This document shows positions 10,357 to 19,263 of a DNA stretch of 64,000 nucleotides, piece after piece; positions within the stretch are counted from its first letter, which is position 1, and the number at the start of each line of letters is the position of its first letter. Position numbers and translations under genes: made by a program. The notes below the pieces were generated by a model, which was not told where the DNA came from, made no database searches, and saw nothing but the letters and a program-made list of their open reading frames with translations. Where the stretch lies: positions 6,320 to 70,319 of the forward strand of contig JAPLCW010000172.1 of NCBI GenBank assembly GCA_026392015.1, in the 5' to 3' direction. The DNA comes from Candidatus Auribacterota bacterium (GTDB taxonomy: Bacteria; Auribacterota; Tritonobacteria; UBA1439).

Positions 10357-10502
10357 TCTGGATTGTTCAGCAGGCGAATAAAAGAGCGATTTTAACAGTC
10401 TACCCTATGTAACCGCAGATTGGGCAGATTACACAATGCGAATCCGCGTAATCAGCGTAATCCGCGGTTAAAACATTAAAAGTTGGTGAATAGACCAGGC
10501 TA
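10354..10502. mobile_element. MITE family 2 (TA-flanked palindromic element)
   Basis: Ends are TA-GTCTGGATTGTTCAGCAG ... GGTGAATAGACCAGGC-TA. The interior hairpin is aaccgcagattgggcagatt / aatccgcgtaatcagcgtaatccgcggtt. The terminal TAG and CTA are the stop codons of the two convergent genes. Confidence 0.8.
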
Positions 10503-11240
10503 GGATTCGGGAGCGCGATATCTTCCCAGAATATTATTGATCCTGATGCCAAGTAAGCTGAACGGATCGGTCAGAAGACACTTCAGGATGTTTATGCTGC
10601 TGCCCGCGCAGTGGCTCCATGCCACGGGGATCTGTTTGATTTTGTAACCAAATTTTCTCGCGAGAAAAATCAACTCAACGTCAAACATGCCGCCCCGTAT
10701 TCTTATCGCACTGAAGAGTTTGTGTGCGGGCTCCCTCTTTATGCATTTGAATCCGCACTGTGTATCGGGGGGGGATCTTAAAATCAGCGTCCGCACACAC
10801 AAACCCCCCATATGGCCGACAATCCTCCTGTACAAAGGCTGATCCCTCCTGATGCGTGATTCTTCAAGATACCTGTCTCCGATAGCCAAATCCGCGCCAC
10901 CCTCACATGTTTCGATAAACTTCGGGAGCTCCTCGATCGGGACAGCCAAATCGGCATCAGTGAAGAGAATGAGCGCCCCCTTCGCCTCAAGCATGCCGTG
11001 GCAAACCGTATACCCCTTCCCCCTATTTCTGTCATTGCGCAACAGCCTGATGCACGGAATCCGCTTCGCATATTCCTCCACGAGGGAAACAGTGCCGTCA
11101 CTGCTCCCATCGTCAACCGCCACTATCTCGTACTCATACGTGCTCCCCTTCATAAACGCGACGATTCGGTCGATCGCGCTTCCTATCCTCTTCTCCTCGT
11201 TATATGCAGGGATGACAATGCTGAGATATATGTCGCTCAT
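10500..11240 (-). CDS. family 2 glycosyltransferase, polyprenyl-phosphate glucosyl/mannosyl-transferase-like (Alg5/GtrB-like)
   Basis: Trimmed to the ATG at 11240 (MSDIYLSIVIPAYNEEKRIG), which overlaps the upstream stop as ATGA. Motifs VAVDDGSSDGT, RNRGKGYTV and ILFTDADLA. Confidence 0.8.
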   Translation of the reverse strand: MSDIYLSIVIPAYNEEKRIGSAIDRIVAFMKGSTYEYEIVAVDDGSSDGTVSLVEEYAKRIPCIRLLRNDRNRGKGYTVCHGMLEAKGALILFTDADLAVPIEELPKFIETCEGGADLAIGDRYLEESRIRRDQPLYRRIVGHMGGLCVRTLILRSPPDTQCGFKCIKREPAHKLFSAIRIRGGMFDVELIFLARKFGYKIKQIPVAWSHCAGSSINILKCLLTDPFSLLGIRINNILGRYRAPES

Positions 11241-12361
11241 GTGTGCCCCCGAATGTCCCGTCCGGCTCGCCGCGATGATTTCCCGCGCGCAAAGTAGTCC
11301 CGGGCGAATAATCTGAAAAAGGTTTTGAATCTCTCCATGATCATCGCGTTCGAATGCACGATGTCCGAAGACTCCCTCCAGCACCCGTAGAAGCATCCTT
11401 CACAGGAAGCATGGAGCGCCTTTAGTTTTTCCCGATACTCGGCGCTTCTATACTGAGCGGCGAAATCGCCCGTCAATGCGTTGCCGATGGGGTAGAGCTC
11501 GTCGCAGGGATAAACGGAGCCGTCGGGAAAAACCGAAAAGTAGAGAACACCTGCCTCGCATTCCGGCCACCTCTTCTCGCCCGTGATGAGAAAACGGGCG
11601 GACTCCCGAAGGAATTTTTCGGAATGGCCTATCCGGCAACCTTCCCCTTTCATCCTGACCAGCTCATCGAAAATTCTGCCTATCAGTCCGGCGTCATCCG
11701 GGGAAAATGCCAGTTCCCTGTCAAACCTCTGCAACAGCATGTCCCCCGCCCCCGCCGACGGCATGTTAATCGGGGATGGGTTCGACCAGACCTTCATTGC
11801 ATCGAGAGTCCGGACAATTTCGGGAATCTCACCGATGTTCCGCCTGCTGACGACGATATTGGCGTTTATCATGCTCTTCGGCATTTTTTGAACCGCCATC
11901 CCGAGCACCCTCATGGTGCTCTCCAGAACTCCCTTAAAATTGCAGATATCGTCCTGAAGCTCCGGGTTGAGGGTATCGAGCGACACCGTCAGATCCATTT
12001 TGCCGCGGGAGGCGGCAATGACTTTATCCAGGGCTTCCTCGCTCACCTGCGGGCCCGCGTTCGTCTGTATCCGTATGAGGAAGCCCGCCCTGTCGAGCAT
12101 GGACACTATCTCCGGGAGATCCCTGCGAAGGAACGGCTCCCCGCCGGTGAGAACAACATAGCGCACACCGGTCCTCCGTACCTCGTCGACGACGCGCGCT
12201 ATCTGCTCCAGCCCCATTTCGCTGCGAGGGTCGGCATACTTCCATACGTTGCACATTCTGCACTGCATATTGCATCTGCGCGTGACGTAGAAGCGGAAGA
12301 AGAACGGCGCGCCGAAATATTTAGAGGCGATGATCGCCTTTGATATCTTCCACAGCTTCAT
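11237..12361 (-). CDS. radical SAM protein with SPASM/twitch-like C-terminal Cys cluster
   Basis: Trimmed to the ATG at 12361 (MKLWKIS), preceded by GAGGGGGA. Motifs VTRRCNMQCRMC, LTGGEPFL, CEAGV..VYPCD and CEGCFYGC. Confidence 0.8.
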   Translation of the reverse strand: MKLWKISKAIIASKYFGAPFFFRFYVTRRCNMQCRMCNVWKYADPRSEMGLEQIARVVDEVRRTGVRYVVLTGGEPFLRRDLPEIVSMLDRAGFLIRIQTNAGPQVSEEALDKVIAASRGKMDLTVSLDTLNPELQDDICNFKGVLESTMRVLGMAVQKMPKSMINANIVVSRRNIGEIPEIVRTLDAMKVWSNPSPINMPSAGAGDMLLQRFDRELAFSPDDAGLIGRIFDELVRMKGEGCRIGHSEKFLRESARFLITGEKRWPECEAGVLYFSVFPDGSVYPCDELYPIGNALTGDFAAQYRSAEYREKLKALHASCEGCFYGCWRESSDIVHSNAMIMERFKTFFRLFARDYFARGKSSRRAGRDIRGHT

Positions 12362-12381
12362 GATGAAAAAATCCCCCTCAT

Positions 12382-14367
12382 TCACCACTCCAAAAGGGAA
12401 AAGGGCTGTCGTATAACACCCAGATCCCTTCCCGCCAGACAATGCGCACGGACTTCTTCAGGCAGTGTTTCCATGCGCCTGACAAGGTCATCTCCTCGAT
12501 CCACCGCGTCGAGCCTCCACCGGGCTCCCACACCCTCGCAAAACGGCCCGCGGGCACTCTCGGGAAGATGTTCCAAGGTGCCCGTCACCCAATCAACGGT
12601 TGCCCCATGCCTCGACGCCTCAATATCTCCGACACCCTGCCATGCCCACCGCGCCGATCCGTTATCGAGCACGCCGGCCAACTCCCCAATCTTTTCAAAC
12701 TGAGAGCCGTGTGACCAGGAGAGGCCCCTTCCAAGCCCCCGGTAAAGAATAGGACGGTATCCTTTTTCGACGTTCCCGTCTGCGAAAGCCTTGAATGTTG
12801 CCACATCCCCAATAGCGATCTGACCGCCGCCGGCGACAAGGTTTGCTTCCGGCCGATCGGCGATCGGGATGTACCAGCACATATCAGTGATGTACCCGAT
12901 CAGATCATCCCTGTCCTGCCGGTCGCGGACTTTCTCCGCAAGAGCGAGGGCATTATTGAGACCGCCTTGAGAATAAACCCCATGCCCCATCCGTGCTCCC
13001 AAGTAGCCGTAATCATAGCCTTCAGTTCGCAGAGAAGCGCCCGGATCCCAGTTCTCAAAAAAAGGGAGGTTTCCGAGCAACAGCAAGGCGAAGAGAATAG
13101 TCGCTGCTGACCACGCAGCATATCTCATGGCCTTTATGCGGCACAGGCTCAGGCGATCGAAGCAGATAGCGAGCGATAACAAGTAGAAAGGCATAAGAGG
13201 CATCAGGTAGCGATAGGGATAGCAATCTGCTCTTACAATACCTATATTGCTAAAGCACGTAACCAGAATGCAAAAGACAAAAAAACCAAATACTATACCC
13301 CCATTTCGTCTCACCAAGTCCGGGAAAAGAGGGACAGGAGATCTTGCCCTTGCGATTTCCCTATTCGATGACCTTCGAATTGAAAAAATAAAAGATGCCA
13401 GCCCCACGAGCACTAAAAACTCATATGTGCAGCCCAGCATACCACTCAATAAACCCGGAGGAGCAAAAGGACCTAACCATGAGTTCGTCCACCAATGAAA
13501 GATCATACTGATGATCCTCCCTATAAAACGGACGGAGCTGCTCATTACCCATTCTGGTACGGAGTGGGCAGTGGAGAAATAAGATTTCCCCACTGGAGAT
13601 CCCCAGCCAAATACTTTGAGTGAATTAAAGCCATAAATCAGATTATAGGCAATCCAGGGCGCCAATCCCATCAAAAACCCTGTAAGAAGCGCAACAATCC
13701 TGCGTGCGGAATTGGGAATACGGTAAAACGTAAGGACAAAGAAAGCATATGCAGCGATTATGTAGAAATAGACAGAGAGATATATCCCGAAACCCAGTAT
13801 TATGCCAAGGATAGTTAGAACAAGGACAAACGATTTCCACTCATTAAACGGGATATTCGTAGCACATTTTACATTAATCAACCCGATGAGAAGGAGAAGC
13901 ACCACCGCATGTATGATGTCTGCAAAAACCCACTTTGCACATAACCAGAGCGACCAATAGAGGAGGCCCGGAGGCAGCAACACTGCCACCGCAATATACC
14001 ACAAGCCTGCCCTTCTTCCGAAAATTCTTGATACCAAGATAGCCCAAAGAAGTAATGCGGTGAAGCTACAAACAAATGCAACTAACTTAAGCGCCGCGTA
14101 GGAATATCCTACAAGAATAAATGCTACACTCGTGAGCATACCGACTATAATAGAAGCGCCTTCCACCACATCTGTTTGGTATTCGAACATGCTAAGGATC
14201 GGCCCTTTAAGGAATTCTTTGCCCATCATGCCACCGTAGCGTTCACATGGGTCAAGGTGGCTTGGCCAGAATGAGAAAGCGACCCAGAAACGCACCAGGA
14301 GAAAGGCGCCCCCTAAAGCTATCGCTGCCGCCCAGAACTTCCGATTCGGAATTGCGCTCTCTTCCAT
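12382..14367 (-). CDS. large polytopic membrane protein, putative GT-C-fold glycosyltransferase with C-terminal soluble domain
   Basis: 661 aa. About 430 aa of densely packed hydrophobic helices are followed by a hydrophilic domain of about 220 aa. It is the first large gene of a tight operon with the rSAM and GT2 genes downstream. Confidence 0.55.
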   Translation of the reverse strand: MEESAIPNRKFWAAAIALGGAFLLVRFWVAFSFWPSHLDPCERYGGMMGKEFLKGPILSMFEYQTDVVEGASIIVGMLTSVAFILVGYSYAALKLVAFVCSFTALLLWAILVSRIFGRRAGLWYIAVAVLLPPGLLYWSLWLCAKWVFADIIHAVVLLLLIGLINVKCATNIPFNEWKSFVLVLTILGIILGFGIYLSVYFYIIAAYAFFVLTFYRIPNSARRIVALLTGFLMGLAPWIAYNLIYGFNSLKVFGWGSPVGKSYFSTAHSVPEWVMSSSVRFIGRIISMIFHWWTNSWLGPFAPPGLLSGMLGCTYEFLVLVGLASFIFSIRRSSNREIARARSPVPLFPDLVRRNGGIVFGFFVFCILVTCFSNIGIVRADCYPYRYLMPLMPFYLLSLAICFDRLSLCRIKAMRYAAWSAATILFALLLLGNLPFFENWDPGASLRTEGYDYGYLGARMGHGVYSQGGLNNALALAEKVRDRQDRDDLIGYITDMCWYIPIADRPEANLVAGGGQIAIGDVATFKAFADGNVEKGYRPILYRGLGRGLSWSHGSQFEKIGELAGVLDNGSARWAWQGVGDIEASRHGATVDWVTGTLEHLPESARGPFCEGVGARWRLDAVDRGDDLVRRMETLPEEVRAHCLAGRDLGVIRQPFSLLEW

Positions 14368-14380
14368 AATCAGGACCTGG

Positions 14381-14959
14381 TTATGCTCTTCTCATTTTTC
14401 CACCAATCTTTTTCAGATAGGCCAGACCGCATCTGCTACATTTGGATCTTCCATTTTTTAGTTTTAGCTTTGCACCGCACTCGCACGCCCATCCCATGAG
14501 CCGGGCGGGATTCCCATACACCAGAGCATACTCAGGGACATCGGATGTCACCACGGCGCCCGCACCAATGAACGCATGGCGCCCGATCGTCAAACCGCAG
14601 AGTATCGTCGCGTTGGCGCCGATCGTCGCCCCCTCTCTTACCAGTGTGGGAAGATGATCGGTCTCCGGATTTTTCGCATACGCGGAGCGGGGATCCGGAT
14701 CGTTGGTGAAAACCACGGACGGACCGCAGAACACATAATCCTCGAGCGTGATCTTTTCATAGACCGAGACATTATTCTGGATCTTCACGCCGTTGCCGAT
14801 CACCACTCCCTTGCCTATGTACACATTCTGACCGATATTGCAGTTCTTCCCGATCCTCGCTCCTTCCCTCACGTGGCAGAAGTACCAGACGGTCGTCCCC
14901 TCCCCTATTCTCACATTCTTTTCCACATACGAAGATTCGTGAACATAGTATTTTCTCAT
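14381..14959 (-). CDS. left-handed beta-helix (hexapeptide-repeat) sugar N-acetyltransferase, WbpD/WlbB-like
   Basis: Trimmed to the ATG at 14959, preceded by GGAGGA. Repeated [LIV]G-x4 hexapeptides (VRIGEGTTV, ARIGKNCNIGQNVYIGKGVVIGNGVKIQNNVSV) and the end motif YGNPARL. Confidence 0.75.
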   Translation of the reverse strand: MRKYYVHESSYVEKNVRIGEGTTVWYFCHVREGARIGKNCNIGQNVYIGKGVVIGNGVKIQNNVSVYEKITLEDYVFCGPSVVFTNDPDPRSAYAKNPETDHLPTLVREGATIGANATILCGLTIGRHAFIGAGAVVTSDVPEYALVYGNPARLMGWACECGAKLKLKNGRSKCSRCGLAYLKKIGGKMRRA

Positions 14960-15042
14960 TATTCCTCCATGCCTCACGTCGCTCCTACGGAGCCGGCGAC
15001 ACATTGCTCCGCTAATGTGTCAATTTCGGGGGAGATTGAGTT

Positions 15043-15136
15043 CAATTGTCATCCCCGCACTTCGACTGCGCTCAGTGTAAACTCGAGCAGGGATCCACTA
15101 TAGAATCTGGATTCCTGCTTTCGCAGGAATGACATA
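15043..15136. repeat. palindromic repeat family 3
   Basis: caattgtcatccccgc...gcaggaatgacata; near-identical copies at 40286-40564 and 56621-56810. Confidence 0.75.
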
Positions 15137-15298
15137 CTTTCAATATACAACCTGTAATTGACCCACTGCCCATCGCCGCATATACGTTTACCATTACAAA
15201 AGATAATGATATCATATTATAGAATCGCCTAAAAGAAGGAACGCCGATGTAACTCCGTACTGTGCTCCCCTTGGGGAACCGCTACGCATGCGAAGTAT

Positions 15299-16078
15299 AT
15301 GTCGGTGCTTTCAAGAATGGAGTCGAGACGGAATTGTCCTATGCGAGAGACAAAAGCCAACAGAGTAATGTGCATCCTGCCCTTTTATAACGAAAAAGGG
15401 AAAATCGGAAATGCGGCAAGCGGATTCTGCCGCATCGAGCAGATCAACGAGGTCGTTGTTGTCGATGACGGTTCCAACGACGGGAGCTCTGAAGAACTGC
15501 CTCGGGGGGGCGTTACCATGCTTCACCATACCACACGGCGAGGCGTCGGGGCGGCAATCAGGACAGGCATCGACTACGCCCTGGCACATGGTTACGATAT
15601 CATCGTCGTGGCTGCGGGGAATGGCAAAGACAACCCGGAGGAGACGAACCGCCTTCTCACGCCTATCCTGGAAGAGGGTTACGATTATGTCCAGGGGTCT
15701 CGCTATCTGAAGGGCGGGAACCCGGGGAAGATGCCGCTCCACCGTATTTTCGCGACCAGGCTTTATCCATTTTTAATGCGCCTCCTGCTCGGCTTCCCCG
15801 CGACCGAGGGCACAAACGGGTTCCGCGCGTACAGGGCCTCCCTCTTCAAAGACAAGAGGATTAACCTCTGGCAGGACTGGCTTGACGGCGTCGAACTCGA
15901 GTATTATCTCCAGGTCCAGGTCATCAGGTTGGGCTATCGCGTCACCGAAGTGCCGGTATCGAAGACGTATCCGAGCATCAGGATGAAGGATTATAATTAT
16001 TACACCAAGGCTGACCCTTGGGGGATTTTCCGCAATCTTAAACCCATTTTTTATCTCACACTTAGAATAAAGAGGTGA
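15299..16078 (+). CDS. family 2 glycosyltransferase, Dpm1-like polyprenyl-phosphate glycosyltransferase
   Basis: ILPFYNEKGKIG, VVVVDDGSNDGS, GSRYLKGG...TNGFRAY. ATG at 15299; alternative starts exist at Met7 and Met15. Confidence 0.75.
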   Translation: MSVLSRMESRRNCPMRETKANRVMCILPFYNEKGKIGNAASGFCRIEQINEVVVVDDGSNDGSSEELPRGGVTMLHHTTRRGVGAAIRTGIDYALAHGYDIIVVAAGNGKDNPEETNRLLTPILEEGYDYVQGSRYLKGGNPGKMPLHRIFATRLYPFLMRLLLGFPATEGTNGFRAYRASLFKDKRINLWQDWLDGVELEYYLQVQVIRLGYRVTEVPVSKTYPSIRMKDYNYYTKADPWGIFRNLKPIFYLTLRIKR

Positions 16079-16081
16079 ACC

Positions 16082-17119
16082 ATGGATTCTCCCGAGACGA
16101 GTAAGGTTGTCACATGTGCCATCATAGGCTGCGGCTGGTGGGGACCGCGGCTTATCAGGACGTTCCATCGGCTGCCGGGCGCCCGGGTAAAGACCGTTGC
16201 AGACCTAAAAGAAGAACGTCTGAATCTTATCACCGAAACGTACCCCGAAATCGCGGTTACCCGCGATTATACGCAAATACTTCTCGACCCCGAGATTGAC
16301 GCGGTATGTGTGGCGACGCCGACCGAATCGCACTATGCGATCGCGAGGGATGTTCTCAACGCGGGCAAGCACCTCCTCCTCGAAAAACCCATGACGGTCA
16401 GCCGCCGTGAATCGGCAGCTTTGCAGCAATCGGCCCTGGAGAAGCGCCTCACGCTGCTCGTCGACCATATTTTTCTCTACGACCCCGCGGTTGCCTTTTT
16501 AAAGCAGTGCATCGGCGCCGGCGAGATGGGGAACTTATATTACGTCGATTCCGCAAGGATCAACCTCCCGCCCCCTGATGCCACAGTCAATGTGCTGTGG
16601 GATCTTGCCCCTCATGATATTTCCATCTGCCTCCACCTTTTCGGGGAACTCCCTCAGTGCGTTGCCGCGCAGGGCATGCGCTACCGCCACACGCAGCTGG
16701 AGGACGCCGCTTCCCTCTACCTCTATTTCCCGGGCGGGAAGCTCGCCCGCATTCATGTGAGCTGGCTCAGCTCCTGCAAGACTCGCGTGATGCGCATATT
16801 CGGCTCGGAAAAATCGGCATTCTACGATGGCGGATCCCCGAAAGACAGGGTGCAGATTTTCGGCCCGGGCAAAGACACCAGACTCGCTCCGGGAGGCGCC
16901 ACTCCCCTGCAGCACTCCTATGGACCCGATACCGTCACCATCCCCCCTCTCCCGGACACAGAGCCTCTCTACGCCGAAGGCCTCGACTTCCTGGAATGCG
17001 TGTCGACGGGGAAGGAACCGGTCAGCTCAGGGCGCACCGGTCACCTGGTGGTCTCCATACTGGAAGCAGCCAGTGTGTCGATGAAGCGGATGGGCGGGAT
17101 GGTCAAAGTACGCACCTAG
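16082..17119 (+). CDS. Gfo/Idh/MocA-family NAD(P)-dependent sugar oxidoreductase (WbpB-like)
   Basis: Rossmann motif CAIIGCGWWGP and VATPTESHYAIARDVLNAGKHLLLEKPM. AAGAGG ribosome-binding site upstream of the ATG. Confidence 0.8.
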   Translation: MDSPETSKVVTCAIIGCGWWGPRLIRTFHRLPGARVKTVADLKEERLNLITETYPEIAVTRDYTQILLDPEIDAVCVATPTESHYAIARDVLNAGKHLLLEKPMTVSRRESAALQQSALEKRLTLLVDHIFLYDPAVAFLKQCIGAGEMGNLYYVDSARINLPPPDATVNVLWDLAPHDISICLHLFGELPQCVAAQGMRYRHTQLEDAASLYLYFPGGKLARIHVSWLSSCKTRVMRIFGSEKSAFYDGGSPKDRVQIFGPGKDTRLAPGGATPLQHSYGPDTVTIPPLPDTEPLYAEGLDFLECVSTGKEPVSSGRTGHLVVSILEAASVSMKRMGGMVKVRT

Positions 17120-17256
17120 TCTGGATTATTCATTAGAGGCATAATTTTAATGGATTAAAGTATGAAACCGCGGATTAGGCGGATTAGAAATAAGAATCCG
17201 CATAATCAGCATAATCCGCGGTTAAAACATTAATAGTTGATGAATAAATCAGACTA
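17117..17256. mobile_element. MITE family 2, inserted exactly between a stop codon and the next start codon
   Basis: TA-GTCTGGATTATTCAT ... GATGAATAAATCAGAC-TA. The first TAG is the stop of the oxidoreductase gene. The element ends 1 nt before the ATG at 17257. Confidence 0.85.
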
Positions 17257-19263
17257 ATGACCACACGACGTGAAAAACTGATTCTCCTGGCCGTTTTTAT
17301 TATCGCATGCGGGGTCCGTGTGCTCTACCATATGGACGAGCTGCGCCTGCCGCCGCAGCACCCCGATGGCTACTACTACCATCGGCTCGCCGAGAACGTC
17401 CTCCGCGGACGGGGCTATGCGATCCTATGGCCCACCGGCCACGAGTATCGCCTGTTCCGCCCTCCGGGATACCCGCTCTTCCTCGCCGCCGTTTACTCCG
17501 TGGCCGGGTTTACCCCCCTTGCAGTCCGGCTTGCGGAAATAGCCATTTCCTCCTTTACCGTCATTCTCCTCTTCTTCATCACCGCGCGCGTCTTTGGGAA
17601 ACGCGCCGCATGGACTGCGACAGTTCTGTCCGCATTCTATTGGCCCTCCATTCTCTGGTCGGCAGACTACCGAGCTGAAAACCTTTTCGTGTTTTTCTTT
17701 ATGCTGTCCATCTATTATCTGGCAGCGCCGGGCCGAAGGCCTGCTCACTTATCTGTCTCGCTCGGGGCGTTCTTTCTAGCGCTGGCATACCTCGTTCGCC
17801 CGAATAGCATCATTCTCTTCCCTCTCTGCATTCTATGGCTCTTCTTTTATCTTAAGGCATCTCCCGCCCGGCGTGCGATCACTGCCTCGCTATTTATCAT
17901 AGTTGCCGCAATCACGATTTCTCCCTGGATATACTATAACGTCCATATACGGCAGCTCGGTTTCAGAAATTCGATGGAAACCACCATGGGGGCCATGAAC
18001 GTATGGACGGCGCACAATCCCACCTTTATCGATGAGGTCGACAACAAGGGACTCGAGCAGATAAATATGCTGCGCTACAAGAATTCCAGGATCAGCGAGA
18101 GCGAATGGCTCGAACTCCTCAGACGCGAGTCCGGCAGCTTTCTCAGGTCCGATCCGCTCGCTCGCGCCAGGACATCGGTCAAGAGGTTCAAAAAACACTG
18201 GCTGGCTGCCGGCGTCATGGATGGCGAGGGGACGCTTTATCCTGACACCGGCAAGAATCAGTACGGCATACTCTACTTTTACAGGCGATTCTGGAAACCG
18301 GAGGCGTATATCCGCGATAATGTCATGGTGTCCATGGATTTCAAAAAGAGAATCTCTTTCTACGGCCTCAGGATCCCTCTCCTTACCTTCGAAGGGATAT
18401 TCAACATATGTGTCATCGGTTTTGTCGCGGGGCTGATCGCGGCACGGGGCAAAATCTTCATACTGCTTGCGGATGTGTGGCGGAGAAGTTCGCTCCTCAT
18501 CATTCTTGCTGCCGGCTACTCGCTTTTCAGCATGGTGGGATTCGCGCACTATCGATTGCGATACCCCCTGGAATGGATTGTGCTTATCTTCGCCGGGTGG
18601 GGAATCGGGAATATCCTCGCCCTCCTGCGAAGGAATCCATCCTCCGCACACGACGAGTATCCGCTGCCGCGCTGCGGCTATATTCTGGCCTTTCTTCCCC
18701 TCAGTTTACTATTCTTCTCCCTCTCGATCTCCTTTGCCGCGCGCACGCAGAGCCGGAAGATCGCGGCGATCTGCAATGCGCCTCCCCAGGAGGAGCAGGC
18801 GCTTTCTGACTTCTCCGTGCGCTACCCCGATCTATCGAAGAAACTGAACCGGGATATCAGTTACCACCAGGCATGGCAGTATCAGATGGAGCACGGCGGA
18901 GAGGTGGATCACTATCGCGGCACGGTTGTCTGCTGGACCGGCGAGGCATCTTTCCTTCGGGAACTTCCCCTGGATCAGCTCGTCAATGAACCCGCCGCCT
19001 ATCGCGATGCATGGAAACCCGCTCCTGCGGACGCGAGATCTCCCCTCCTCATACGGCTGGTCATCGGCTCTTACGCACAGCCGGGAGGATTGGGAGAAGG
19101 AGAGGTCCTGATTATCTGTGACAAGCACGCGGCGTCTCAGATACGGGAGGGGGATCCGGTGACTGTCTTAGCCGAAATAACGGGATCGGATCGATTCACC
19201 ATGGGATATATCATAGCCTTCGGCCATGCGTTCTACCGCTGGAGCATCCCGGGCGATATTTAA
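17257..19263 (+). CDS. ArnT/PMT-like (GT39/GT83-type) GT-C glycosyltransferase with C-terminal soluble domain
   Basis: The N-terminus (ILLAVFIIACGVRVLYHM...DGYYYHRLAENVLRGRGY...FRPPGYPLFLAAVY) is typical of this family. It has many helices and a soluble tail of about 170 aa. Confidence 0.7.
   Translation: MTTRREKLILLAVFIIACGVRVLYHMDELRLPPQHPDGYYYHRLAENVLRGRGYAILWPTGHEYRLFRPPGYPLFLAAVYSVAGFTPLAVRLAEIAISSFTVILLFFITARVFGKRAAWTATVLSAFYWPSILWSADYRAENLFVFFFMLSIYYLAAPGRRPAHLSVSLGAFFLALAYLVRPNSIILFPLCILWLFFYLKASPARRAITASLFIIVAAITISPWIYYNVHIRQLGFRNSMETTMGAMNVWTAHNPTFIDEVDNKGLEQINMLRYKNSRISESEWLELLRRESGSFLRSDPLARARTSVKRFKKHWLAAGVMDGEGTLYPDTGKNQYGILYFYRRFWKPEAYIRDNVMVSMDFKKRISFYGLRIPLLTFEGIFNICVIGFVAGLIAARGKIFILLADVWRRSSLLIILAAGYSLFSMVGFAHYRLRYPLEWIVLIFAGWGIGNILALLRRNPSSAHDEYPLPRCGYILAFLPLSLLFFSLSISFAARTQSRKIAAICNAPPQEEQALSDFSVRYPDLSKKLNRDISYHQAWQYQMEHGGEVDHYRGTVVCWTGEASFLRELPLDQLVNEPAAYRDAWKPAPADARSPLLIRLVIGSYAQPGGLGEGEVLIICDKHAASQIREGDPVTVLAEITGSDRFTMGYIIAFGHAFYRWSIPGDI

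Noticed and set aside
9256-12361. RiPP (sactipeptide/ranthipeptide or glycocin-like) cluster hypothesis for the SPASM radical SAM + GT2 pairs.
   Set aside because: There is no small precursor ORF, leader peptidase or exporter nearby. The only intergenic DNA is a MITE. The GT2s look like polyprenyl-phosphate glycosyltransferases, and the context is dominated by GT-C proteins.
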